Source: Candidatus Fervidifonticultor secundus (GTDB lineage Bacteria; Sysuimicrobiota; Sysuimicrobiia; Sysuimicrobiales; Humicultoraceae). Taken from it: a DNA stretch of 64,000 nucleotides. Each line of letters starts with the position of its first letter. Within the stretch, counting starts at the first letter, position 1. Shown piece by piece: positions 56,319-64,000 of this stretch. The stretch covers positions 1 through 64,000 of the forward strand of contig JAVKIP010000012.1 of the NCBI GenBank assembly GCA_031459385.1. Direction: 5' to 3'. The notes under the pieces were generated by a model. It saw only the letters and a list, made by a program, of their open reading frames with translations. It did not search any database and had not been told where the DNA came from. The position numbers and the translations under genes were made by a program.

Positions 56319-57209
56319 GTGCGCATCGGCGCGCACGTCTCCATCAGCGGCCAGATCGACCGGGCGATCGACCGCGCCGTCGCCCTGGGCTGCGAGTGCC
56401 TGCAGATCTTCTGGGGCTCGCCTCGCCAGTGGCGCCCTGTCGCCTATCCCGATGAGGCCCTGGACCGCTTCGTGGCGCGCCGCCGCCTGGCGCGGATCGA
56501 CCCGCTGGTGATCCACGCCGCCTACCTGGTCAACCCGGCGGCCGCCGACCGGGAGCTGCGGGAGCGTTCCATCGCCTCGCTGCTGGCCAGCGCGCGGGGC
56601 GCCGAGCGGCTCGACGGTCTCGGCGTCGTGACGCACCTCGGCAGCCGCGCGGGCGGGCGCCGCGGTCCGGCCCTGCGCCGGGTGGCCGGGGTCGTGCGCG
56701 AGATCCTGGACGCCACGTCGCGGGCGCAGGTGCTGCTGGAGAACAGCGCAGGCGGCGGCGGGCACCTGGGCGCGTCGCTCGACGACCTGGCCGCGGTCCT
56801 CGACCTGCTCGCCGGAGACCCGCGGGTGGGGATCTGCCTGGACACCGCGCACCTGTTCGCTGCCGGGTGGGATCTGCGCACGGCCGCGAGCATCGACGCC
56901 GTGATCGCGGCCTGCGAGCGCGCGTTCGGCTGGGCCCGCGTGCGGCTGGTCCACCTGAACGACTCGAAGGCGCCGCTGGGCTCGCGCCTCGACCGGCACG
57001 AGAACATCGGCGAGGGAGCCATCGGCATCGAGGGGTTTCGCGCGCTGCTGCGCCATCCCCGCACGCGGCACCTGGCCGGCGTTATCGAGACGCCCGGCTT
57101 CGACCGCACCGGTCCCGACCGGCGCAACCTCCAGCGTCTGAAGCGCCTGCGTACACCGGGCCGCCACCGGGCGCGACCTGCGGGCACGCGGGCCGGAGGG
57201 GCCGCGTGA
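56319..57209 (+). CDS. nfo: Endonuclease IV
   Basis: IGAHVSI, HAAYLVN, LLENSAG, CLDTAH, HLNDSK, DRHENIG and ETP. Confidence 0.93.
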   Translation: MRIGAHVSISGQIDRAIDRAVALGCECLQIFWGSPRQWRPVAYPDEALDRFVARRRLARIDPLVIHAAYLVNPAAADRELRERSIASLLASARGAERLDGLGVVTHLGSRAGGRRGPALRRVAGVVREILDATSRAQVLLENSAGGGGHLGASLDDLAAVLDLLAGDPRVGICLDTAHLFAAGWDLRTAASIDAVIAACERAFGWARVRLVHLNDSKAPLGSRLDRHENIGEGAIGIEGFRALLRHPRTRHLAGVIETPGFDRTGPDRRNLQRLKRLRTPGRHRARPAGTRAGGAA

Positions 57210-58096
57210 CTCCGGATCGCTACGTGGACGTGCGGGGTGTGCCGCTGCGCTACCGCCAGCAGGGCGGCGGCCCGCCTGTCCTGCTGCTGCACGGCGTGGG
57301 TGCGTCGCTGGAGTTCTGGGACTGGACCACCCCGGCGCTGCAGGACGCCTTCACCACGCTGGCCGTGGACCTGCCCGGGTTCGGCCGCTCCGCCTTCACC
57401 CCGGAGGTCCTCTCCCCGGAGGGTTTCGTCCGTATCGTGTGGGGGTTCCTCGACGCGGTCGGGGTCGGACGCGCGGCGCTGGTGGGCTCGTCGCTCGGCG
57501 GCGCCATCGCGGTCCTGGCCGCCGGCAGCGCGCCCGAGCGGGTCTGGGCGTTGGCGCTGGCCGCACCGGGGGGCTTCGGTCGTGAGGTGGGACTGTGGCT
57601 GCGGCTGGCCACGGTGCCCGGCCTTGGGGAAGTGCTGGTGGCGCTGGCGCGGCGCGCGCCGCAGGTGGCGCTCCGCCACACCTTCGCCGACCCGCGCCGC
57701 ATCCCGGCCGCGCTGCTGGCGAGCATGCGGTGGCACGCGACGCGCCCCGAGCCAGGCCGCGCGTATCTCCAGATCGTGCGCCACGTGCTCGGGCTGCGGG
57801 GCGTACGCCCCGCAATGGTGGCCGTGGTGCGCGCTGCGGCCACCCGCGTGGATGCACCCACCCTGGTGGTTTGGGGCGCGCGCGACCGGGTCGTCCCACC
57901 CGCGCACGCGGATGCGGTGGCCGCGAGCATCCCGCAGGCGCAGGTCAGGCTGCTGGAGGACTGCGGGCACCTGCCGCTGGTCGAGGCTGCGGACGCCTTC
58001 ACTGGCCTGCTGGTGGCGTTCCTCCGCGATGCGGCCGCCGGCCGTGCCACCGCCCATGCCGGCGTAGACCCCGCACGCAGGGCTCAGGCCCGATGA
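57206..58096 (+). CDS. Alpha/beta fold hydrolase
   Basis: LLHG, DLPGFG.S, GSSLGG nucleophile elbow, WG..D and CGHLP. Confidence 0.9.
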   Translation: MTPDRYVDVRGVPLRYRQQGGGPPVLLLHGVGASLEFWDWTTPALQDAFTTLAVDLPGFGRSAFTPEVLSPEGFVRIVWGFLDAVGVGRAALVGSSLGGAIAVLAAGSAPERVWALALAAPGGFGREVGLWLRLATVPGLGEVLVALARRAPQVALRHTFADPRRIPAALLASMRWHATRPEPGRAYLQIVRHVLGLRGVRPAMVAVVRAAATRVDAPTLVVWGARDRVVPPAHADAVAASIPQAQVRLLEDCGHLPLVEAADAFTGLLVAFLRDAAAGRATAHAGVDPARRAQAR

Positions 58097-58332
58097 CCGG
58101 CATCGCCTGCGCCCACCACCCCGACCGCGCGGCCCTGGGATACTGCGCCGGTTGCGGCAAACCCCTGTGCAGCCAGTGCGTGGTTCGCCTGCCTGAAGGG
58201 AACTACTGCAGCGTCTGCGCCAGTGCGCCCGACCACCGCCCGCGGGCGCCCGTGCGCGGCAGCCGCCTCTGGGTATGGGCCGGCGTCGTCGCGCTGGCGG
58301 TGGCGCTGTACGTGCTGTCACGCCTGCTGTGA
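58093..58332 (+). CDS. Small B-box-type zinc-finger protein with C-terminal TM helix
   Basis: CAHHP...YCAGCGKPLCSQC...YCSVC then LWVWAGVVALAVALYVL; ATGA overlap. Confidence 0.8.
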   Translation: MTGIACAHHPDRAALGYCAGCGKPLCSQCVVRLPEGNYCSVCASAPDHRPRAPVRGSRLWVWAGVVALAVALYVLSRLL

Positions 58333-58377
58333 CCGCGCGCCTGACCGCTGCGCCCGGCACCGCCCGCGGGTGCCCGG

Positions 58378-58719
58378 TCAGGGGCGCGCGGGCAGGCGCA
58401 CCCAGCGGTCAGCCCACCGCTGCACCTCCGCCACCACCCGCTCGAGGTCGCGCCCCTTGCCGGTGAGCTCGTACTCGATGCGCACGGGCGTCTGGGGCTG
58501 GACGCGCCGGCGGACGATCCCCTCCGCCTCCAGCTCTTTGAGCCGCTGGGAGAGCAGCCGGTCGTGCAGCCCCGGGACGGCCTCGAGGAGCTCCGAGAAG
58601 CGCAGCGGCCGGCGCATGAGGGCGTCGATGATGGCGCCGGTCCACTTCTTCCCCACTAGCTCGATGGCGCGGTGGAACCTGGGACAGACCTGCGCGACGG
58701 CGTCACGGCCCGCAGTCAC
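58378..58719 (-). CDS. HxlR/YodB-like winged-helix regulator
   Basis: CPRF..AIEL.GKKW, RFSEL, LSQRLKELE and EYELT.KG; N-terminal Cys. Confidence 0.92.
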   Translation of the reverse strand: MTAGRDAVAQVCPRFHRAIELVGKKWTGAIIDALMRRPLRFSELLEAVPGLHDRLLSQRLKELEAEGIVRRRVQPQTPVRIEYELTGKGRDLERVVAEVQRWADRWVRLPARP

Positions 58720-58758
58720 TGGCGTTCACCATTGCCATACTAACCGAAGAGAAGGCTC

Positions 58759-58787
58759 TTGACAATGATAAGCCGTCCTGCCAGGAT
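58759..58787 (+). promoter_or_regulatory. sigma70-like promoter for the catE-like gene
   Basis: TTGACA (58759-58764), 17 nt, CAGGAT (58782-58787); imperfect palindrome CTTGACAATGATAAG over the -35. Confidence 0.55.
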
Positions 58788-58924
58788 CACACCAGCGTGC
58801 GGAACCAGTGCTGGCGCTCGGCGCGCTGCTCGTCGGCGCGCAGGTGCGTGCCGTCACCGGCGCGACAGCCGGCGCGCCGGCTGCGTCCCGAGCGGCCTGA
58901 GTGCTGATGCGCGAGGAGAACGGG

Positions 58925-59824
58925 ATGCCCGCGATTCACCCAGCGACCCGGCTCGGCCCGGTTCTGCTGGCGGCGGCCGATCTGGAGCGCTCGCTGGCGT
59001 TCTACGGCGAGGTGCTCGGCCTCCAGGTACGCGACCGCCGGGATGACCTCGCGGTCCTGACCGCCGATGGGGCCGCACCCCTGGTGGTACTCGTGGCGCT
59101 GCCGGGTGCGCGGCCCCAGCCGCGCCGCACCACGGGCCTGTATCACTTCGCGATCCTCCTCCCCACCCGCCGCGAGCTGGCCCGGGCGCTGGCGCGGCTC
59201 GTCCAGGCGCGCTACCCGCTGCACGGCGCCTCGGATCACCTGGTCAGCGAGGCGCTCTACCTCGCCGACCCCGACGGGCACGGCATCGAGCTCTACGCCG
59301 ACCGGCCGCGCCAGCAGTGGCCCACCACCGCCCGGGGCGTGGCCATGGCCACCGCGCCGCTCGACCTGGACAGCCTGCTAGCCGACCTCGACGCCCCGGC
59401 CGCTGCTGCCGCGGGCAGCCTGCCGCCGCAGACGCGCATCGGACACGTGCACCTGCGCGTGGCCGACCTGGGCGAAGCCGAGGCGTTCTACCACGGCCGG
59501 CTGGGCTTCGACGTGACGCAGCGCGACTACCCTGGGGCGCTGTTCCTGGCGGCCGGCGGCTATCACCACCACATCGGCGTGAACATCTGGGGCAGCCAGG
59601 GCGCTCCACCGCCCCCGCGCGACGCGCTCGGCCTGCGCGCCTTCACCATCGTGCTGCCAGACGCCGCAGCGCTCGCCGCGGTCCTCCGGCGCCTCGACCC
59701 ACCCCCGCAGGAGGGGCCGGCCGGCTGGTTCGTGCGCGACCCGTTCGGGATCGGCATCCTCGTGACCCACGAGGGCGCCACTGTCCGCACGGACGACCTG
59801 CGCACCGTCGCCACATCGCCCTAG
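58925..59824 (+). CDS. catE: VOC-family catechol 2,3-dioxygenase (CatE-like)
   Basis: GLYHFAILLP.R, DHLVSEALYL.DPDG.GIELYADRP, IGHVHL and GGYHHHIG.N.W; divergent HxlR regulator. Confidence 0.85.
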   Translation: MPAIHPATRLGPVLLAAADLERSLAFYGEVLGLQVRDRRDDLAVLTADGAAPLVVLVALPGARPQPRRTTGLYHFAILLPTRRELARALARLVQARYPLHGASDHLVSEALYLADPDGHGIELYADRPRQQWPTTARGVAMATAPLDLDSLLADLDAPAAAAAGSLPPQTRIGHVHLRVADLGEAEAFYHGRLGFDVTQRDYPGALFLAAGGYHHHIGVNIWGSQGAPPPPRDALGLRAFTIVLPDAAALAAVLRRLDPPPQEGPAGWFVRDPFGIGILVTHEGATVRTDDLRTVATSP

Positions 59825-59836
59825 CGTTCCGCCGCG

Positions 59837-61027
59837 ATGGCTGCGGAACGCGTCGCCGGCCGGATCCGTCTGACCCCGGCCGGCGAGCGGCGGCTGGCCG
59901 CCGGGCACCTGTGGGTCTTCGACGGCGAGGTTGCCGGCCTCGACGGCCGACCCGCTGCGGGCGACGTGGTCGACGTCGCCTCCAGGCAGGGTCGCTTCCT
60001 GGGGCGCGGCGACTACAACCCGCACTCGCGGATCCGGGTGCGTCTGCTCACGCGCCGCGACGAGGCGATCGACGACGGCCTGCTCGCGCGGCGCCTGCGC
60101 GCGGCGGCGGCGCTGCGCGCCCGCGTGGTCAGCGCGACGACCGCCTACCGCCTGGTGTTCGGCGAAGGCGACCTGCTGCCCGGCCTGGTGGTGGACCGCT
60201 ACGGCGACGTGCTGGTCGTGCAGACGCTGACCGCCGGCATGGAGCGCCGCCGCTCCGACCTGGCCAGCCTGCTGCAGACGCTCACCGGCGCCCGGGCCGT
60301 CTACCTGCGCAACGACGCCCGGGTGCGCGCGCTGGAAGGCCTGCCGCTCTACCAGCAATTCGCCATCGGGGAGGCGCCCATACGCGTCGAGGTCGCCGAG
60401 GGCCCGGCCCGGTTCACGGTGGACATCGCCCGCGGACAGAAGACCGGGTGGTTCTGCGATCAGCGGGAGAACCGCCTGGCCGTGGCGCCGCTGGCGCGCG
60501 GGGCGCGGGTGCTCGACGCGTTCTGCTATACGGGGGCGTTCGGCGTGCAGGCGGCGCTGGCCGGCGCCGAGACGGTGCTGGGCGTGGACGCCTCGGCGGA
60601 CGCGGTGGCCCTGGCCCAGGACCACGCGGCGCACAACGGCGTCGCCGCGCGCTGCACCTGGCGCACGGGTGACGCCTTCGACGTCATGCGGCAGCTGCGG
60701 CGGACGGGTACGCGGTTCGACCTGGTGATCCTCGACCCCCCGGCGTTCGCGCGCACACGGGACGCGGTACCCAAAGCGCTGGCCGGCTATAAGGAGGTCA
60801 ACCTGAGCGCGCTGCGCCTGCTGCGCGGCGAGGGATTCCTGGTGAGCTGCTCGTGCTCGTGGCACGTGGACGAGCAGATGCTCTGGGAGGCGATCTGCGA
60901 CGCCGCGCGCGACGCCCGCCGCGAGCTGCGCCTGGTCGAGGTCCGCTCGCAGGCCCGCGACCATCCCATGCTGGCGGCGATGCCGGAGACGCGCTACCTG
61001 AAGTGCTTCGTGGTGCAGGCGCTGTGA
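59837..61027 (+). CDS. rlmI: 23S rRNA m5C1962 methyltransferase RlmI family
   Basis: GHLWVF PUA domain, EGD.LPGL.VD.Y, GQKTG.F.DQRENR, ILDPPAF, CSCS and YLK. Confidence 0.9.
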   Translation: MAAERVAGRIRLTPAGERRLAAGHLWVFDGEVAGLDGRPAAGDVVDVASRQGRFLGRGDYNPHSRIRVRLLTRRDEAIDDGLLARRLRAAAALRARVVSATTAYRLVFGEGDLLPGLVVDRYGDVLVVQTLTAGMERRRSDLASLLQTLTGARAVYLRNDARVRALEGLPLYQQFAIGEAPIRVEVAEGPARFTVDIARGQKTGWFCDQRENRLAVAPLARGARVLDAFCYTGAFGVQAALAGAETVLGVDASADAVALAQDHAAHNGVAARCTWRTGDAFDVMRQLRRTGTRFDLVILDPPAFARTRDAVPKALAGYKEVNLSALRLLRGEGFLVSCSCSWHVDEQMLWEAICDAARDARRELRLVEVRSQARDHPMLAAMPETRYLKCFVVQAL

Positions 61028-61156
61028 GGGATGCGGCGCGCCGGGCCAGGAGTGGGCGTCGGCGCCGCGAACTAGAGTTCCCGGCTGGGGCCCGGACGCC
61101 GGAGATCGTCGGGACGTCGGTGCCCGAGCGCAATCTCACCTCGAGGAGGCGAGCAG

Positions 61157-61447
61157 ATGGCGAAGGCAATGACCAAGACGCAGATCGCGGCGCACCTGGC
61201 CAACAAGTGCGGCCTCACCAAGAAGACCGCCGGCCAGTTCCTGGAAGAGCTGGCCAAGCTGGCGTACAAGGAGGCCAAGAACTCGTTCACGCTCCCTGGC
61301 CTGGGCAAGCTCGTGCTCGTGAACCGCAAGGCCCGCATGGGACGGAACCCGCGGACGGGGGAGCCCATCAAGATCCCCGCGCGCCGCGTGCTGCGGTTCC
61401 GCGTGGCGAAGGCCGCCAAGGACGCGATCCTTGGGGGCAGGAAGTAA
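61157..61447 (+). CDS. hup: HU family DNA-binding protein
   Basis: MTK.QI...LA, LPGLGK, RKARMGRNP.TGE.IKIPA; GGAGG RBS. Confidence 0.95.
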   Translation: MAKAMTKTQIAAHLANKCGLTKKTAGQFLEELAKLAYKEAKNSFTLPGLGKLVLVNRKARMGRNPRTGEPIKIPARRVLRFRVAKAAKDAILGGRK

Positions 61448-61489
61448 GCGAGGCACCGCGCCGGCCCAGGCGCTGCCACCGGACGCAGA

Positions 61490-61521
61490 CAGGGCCGGCG
61501 CCGCGGGCGGCGCCGGCCCTG
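61490..61521. terminator. Strong GC hairpin between convergent hup and holB (possible bidirectional terminator)
   Basis: CAGGGCCGGCGCCG / CGGCGCCGGCCCTG 14-bp perfect stem with 4-nt loop; no U-tract. Confidence 0.55.
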
Positions 61522-61588
61522 CGGCCAGCACCGGGCCCGTGCGCAGCACCGGCACGCAGTCCGCGCCGGCACCGCCGACGGCGCTGCG

Positions 61589-62632
61589 CTACTTGGCCGG
61601 GGCTGCCACAGGTGGAGCGCCGAAGGACAGGAACAGACGCTCCAGCACCAGCCGCGGATTGGCGTTGCGCCGCAGGGCATCCCGGGCGTCCTCGAACGCG
61701 GCGATCCGGCCGCCGAGCCGCGCGTCGTCGTAGGCTGGGGCCAGGCGCTCGAGCGCCGCCAGGCGGTCGCGGTTCGCCAGCCGCCCGGTCTCCCGCGTCT
61801 GGCGGTAGACCAGCAGATCCCGGTACCAGAGGACGGCCAGGTCGAGCAGGTCGGGCAGCAGGTCAGGGTCCCTCGCCAGCGCCTCGGCCGCGTCGAACCG
61901 GACCAGCAGGTCGCCGACCTCCAGCTGCGGCAGCAGGTCCAGGAGCCGCTCGCGCGCTGCCAGGCGCGTCTCCGACTGCGCCCAGTCCAGCGCGCGTCCC
62001 AGCCGGCCGTCGGCCAGCAGGGCCAGCACCCGGGCGCGTTCGTCGGGCACCCCCCACCGCTCCCGCAGGGCCTGCTCGATCTCGTCGGCGCGCAGGTACG
62101 TGCACCGCACCAGCTGGCACCGCGACACGATGGTGGGGAGCAGCGCGATCGCCGACTCGGCGATGAGCACGAAGGTCACGCGCGCGGGCGGCTCCTCCAG
62201 CGTCTTCAGGAGGCTCGCGGCGGCGCTGGCGCTCATGCGCTCCGCGTCGGCGATGATGTAGACCTTCCACTTCCCCTCGTAGGGAGGGTACGCGGCGTCC
62301 TGCCGCAGCGCGCGGATCTGATCGACCGGGATCTCCCTGCCCTTGTAGTGCTGCGGGGGCTGCTCGATGAACCGCTCGTGGGCGATATCGAGCACGCGCA
62401 CGTCAGGGTGGTTCCCGGCCGCGATCCGCCGGCACGTCGGGCAGGTACCGCACGCGTCGCTGTCGGCGGGCTGGGCGCAGTTGAGCAGCTGCGCGAACCC
62501 CAGCGCCACCTGCCGCCGTCCCACCCCCGGCGGGCCCACCAGCAGATAGGCGTGCCCCACCCGACCGGTCCGCACCGCGGTGCGCAGCAGCAGGATAGCG
62601 TGGCCCTGGTTGACGATGTCCCGGAAGGCCAT
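61589..62632 (-). CDS. holB: DNA polymerase III delta-prime subunit
   Basis: HAYLL.GP.GVGR, C...CG.C..C zinc motif, HPD, LLKTLEEPP and TIVSRC. Confidence 0.93.
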   Translation of the reverse strand: MAFRDIVNQGHAILLLRTAVRTGRVGHAYLLVGPPGVGRRQVALGFAQLLNCAQPADSDACGTCPTCRRIAAGNHPDVRVLDIAHERFIEQPPQHYKGREIPVDQIRALRQDAAYPPYEGKWKVYIIADAERMSASAAASLLKTLEEPPARVTFVLIAESAIALLPTIVSRCQLVRCTYLRADEIEQALRERWGVPDERARVLALLADGRLGRALDWAQSETRLAARERLLDLLPQLEVGDLLVRFDAAEALARDPDLLPDLLDLAVLWYRDLLVYRQTRETGRLANRDRLAALERLAPAYDDARLGGRIAAFEDARDALRRNANPRLVLERLFLSFGAPPVAAPAK

Positions 62633-62648
62633 GGGCCGCGTCCTCGGC

Positions 62649-62987
62649 TCAGACTCGCTCCATCCGTTCCACGTCCACGACGAAGACGATGGCGCCGCCG
62701 ACCTCGACCTTGACGGGATACGTCACGTAGGAGTCCACAGGCTCCACAACGGGCGGGATGGGAGTCATGAGCTGCTCGCGCCGATGGCACGTGCGGCGGA
62801 TGATGCCGAGGACGGCGTCGACCTGGTCGTCTTCCACCACGGTGATGATCGTGGCGTTCCCCTCGCGCAGGAAGCCGCCGGTGCTCGCCAGCATCGTGGA
62901 CTGGAGGTCGGCCTCGGTCAGCGCCTCCATCAGCCGCCCCGAGTCCCGACTCTGGACGATGGCCAGCACGAGCTTGATGGGGCTCAC
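62649..62987 (-). CDS. darA: PII-like c-di-AMP receptor DarA/PstA (YaaQ family)
   Basis: KL.LAIVQ..D, LASTGGFLREGN.T and VEVGGA.VFV.DVE; lies between tmk and holB. Confidence 0.9.
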   Translation of the reverse strand: MSPIKLVLAIVQSRDSGRLMEALTEADLQSTMLASTGGFLREGNATIITVVEDDQVDAVLGIIRRTCHRREQLMTPIPPVVEPVDSYVTYPVKVEVGGAIVFVVDVERMERV

Positions 62988-63709
62988 CCCCCTGCCGGCC
63001 CGGCACCGCCGGCCCGGGCATCCGGCCCCTCCACGACCCACCCGCGCGCCGCCAGCGCCCGCCGCACGGCCGCGAACGCCGCCGCAAAGACCGCGTCGGG
63101 CGTGGCTGCGCCGTCGATCACGACAAATCGCGCCGGTTCTTCGCGCGCCAGTTGGAGGAATCCTGCGCGCACGCGCTCGTGGAACGCGAGCGCCTCCTGC
63201 TCCAGCCGGTCGCCACGTCCGGGTGCCCCGTCCTTTCCCCCGGCGGTGCGGGCGCGCGCCAGACCCGCGGCGGGGTCGATGTCGAACAGCAGCGTCAGGT
63301 CCGGGAGGAGCCCGCCGGTGGCGAGGTCGTTCACCTGCCGGACCAGGGCCACCGACAGCCCCCGGCCGAAGCCCTGGTAGGCGAGGGAGGCGTCCACGTA
63401 CCGCTCCGAGAGCATGCACACCCCGGCGGCCAGCGCGGGCCGCACGACCTCGGCCACGTACTGTGCGCGGCTGGCGGCGAAGAGCAGCATCTCGGTTTCG
63501 GGCCGCATGGTGCGGTACGCCTCGTCGAGCAGCAGGCGCCGGATCGCCTCGCCGATGGGCGTGCCGCCCGGCTCCCGGGCCAGCCGCACCGGCACCCGCC
63601 CGCGCAACGCCTCGTAGAGCCGGCGCGCTACCGTCGTCTTGCCCGCGCCCTCGGGCCCCTCGAGGGTGATGAACACCCCCCGCCGCGGCGCTTCTGAAGG
63701 GGTGTGCAC
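62984..63709 (-). CDS. tmk: Thymidylate kinase
   Basis: FITLEGPEGAGKTT, REPGGT, LFAASRAQ, ERYVDASLAYQG and PDLT. Confidence 0.95.
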   Translation of the reverse strand: MHTPSEAPRRGVFITLEGPEGAGKTTVARRLYEALRGRVPVRLAREPGGTPIGEAIRRLLLDEAYRTMRPETEMLLFAASRAQYVAEVVRPALAAGVCMLSERYVDASLAYQGFGRGLSVALVRQVNDLATGGLLPDLTLLFDIDPAAGLARARTAGGKDGAPGRGDRLEQEALAFHERVRAGFLQLAREEPARFVVIDGAATPDAVFAAAFAAVRRALAARGWVVEGPDARAGGAGPAGG

Positions 63710-63714
63710 GGCCG

Positions 63715-64000
63715 CTACTTGGGGAAGATCACCACGCGCCGGAACGGCTCGTCGCCCTTGCTCTCCGACGCGAGCCCGTAGCGCTGGACGAGCTGGTGCT
63801 GCAGGCGGCGGATGTAGGCGTTCTGGGGGGAGAGCTCCACCGGCTTCGCCGATTCGAAGACCGCGGCGATGGCCTGCTCGACCTCGGTCAGCGCCGCCTC
63901 GTGCTCGGCCGCCGTTTCCTCGATCTCGAAGACCTCGCGGAGGAACTCCTGGATCTGGGTCACGGTGTTGCTGCGCAGGATGTGCACGGGCACCCCGCGG
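63715..64000 (-). CDS. C-terminal R3H domain, probably of a SpoIIIAA/Ycf45-like AAA ATPase (partial)
   Basis: VELSPQNAYIRRLQHQL...S.S.G.EP.RRV is an R3H motif; open at the window end. Confidence 0.75.
   Translation of the reverse strand, partial: RGVPVHILRSNTVTQIQEFLREVFEIEETAAEHEAALTEVEQAIAAVFESAKPVELSPQNAYIRRLQHQLVQRYGLASESKGDEPFRRVVIFPK

Noticed and set aside
58797..58907. Four-Cys sORF (VRNQCWRSARC...) ending in TGATG at catE, as a redox-sensing leader
   Set aside because: The Cys codons are most simply the shifted-frame shadow of GTG-C/CTG-C runs in the Leu/Val-rich frame, and catE has its own strong RBS before ATG 58925.

Overview
Very GC-rich bacterial chromosomal window with about 59 recognisable CDSs. 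I found no rRNA, tRNA, CRISPR array, integrase or transposase. Gene content (archaeal/eukaryotic-type proS, apgM, tmk-darA-holB synteny, an outer-membrane beta-barrel) suggests a diderm Terrabacteria lineage such as Armatimonadota/CSP1-3; this is inference only. Housekeeping genes flank a large catabolic region. (1) A FadR-type regulator heads an oxalate-oxidoreductase-like 2-oxoacid:ferredoxin oxidoreductase (delta-alpha-beta, YPIRP motif) and a TctCBA importer. (2) A GntR-ddl-dapF-apgM run has a DapF with both catalytic Cys replaced by Ser. (3) A purine/ureide degradation cluster contains ade, a PRTase, uraH, uraD, a three-subunit xanthine dehydrogenase, 8-oxoguanine deaminase, allB, a NitT/TauT ABC importer, a DUF1116/AllG-like protein and pucG, but no visible uricase or allantoate amidohydrolase. 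(4) Nested inside that cluster is a 14-kb operon (GntR, two PotD/B/C sets sharing one ATPase, two amidohydrolases, two SIS proteins, a PfkB kinase and a class I aldolase) that looks like an uncharacterised sugar-amine or Amadori-type pathway. Non-coding highlights are a candidate Cys-sensing leader peptide attenuator upstream of DUF4395-thioredoxin, two GntR-type operator palindromes and a 4x16-bp tandem repeat. All protein calls are from motif recognition by eye. Many start codons were re-chosen relative to the ORF track using RBS and overlap logic.
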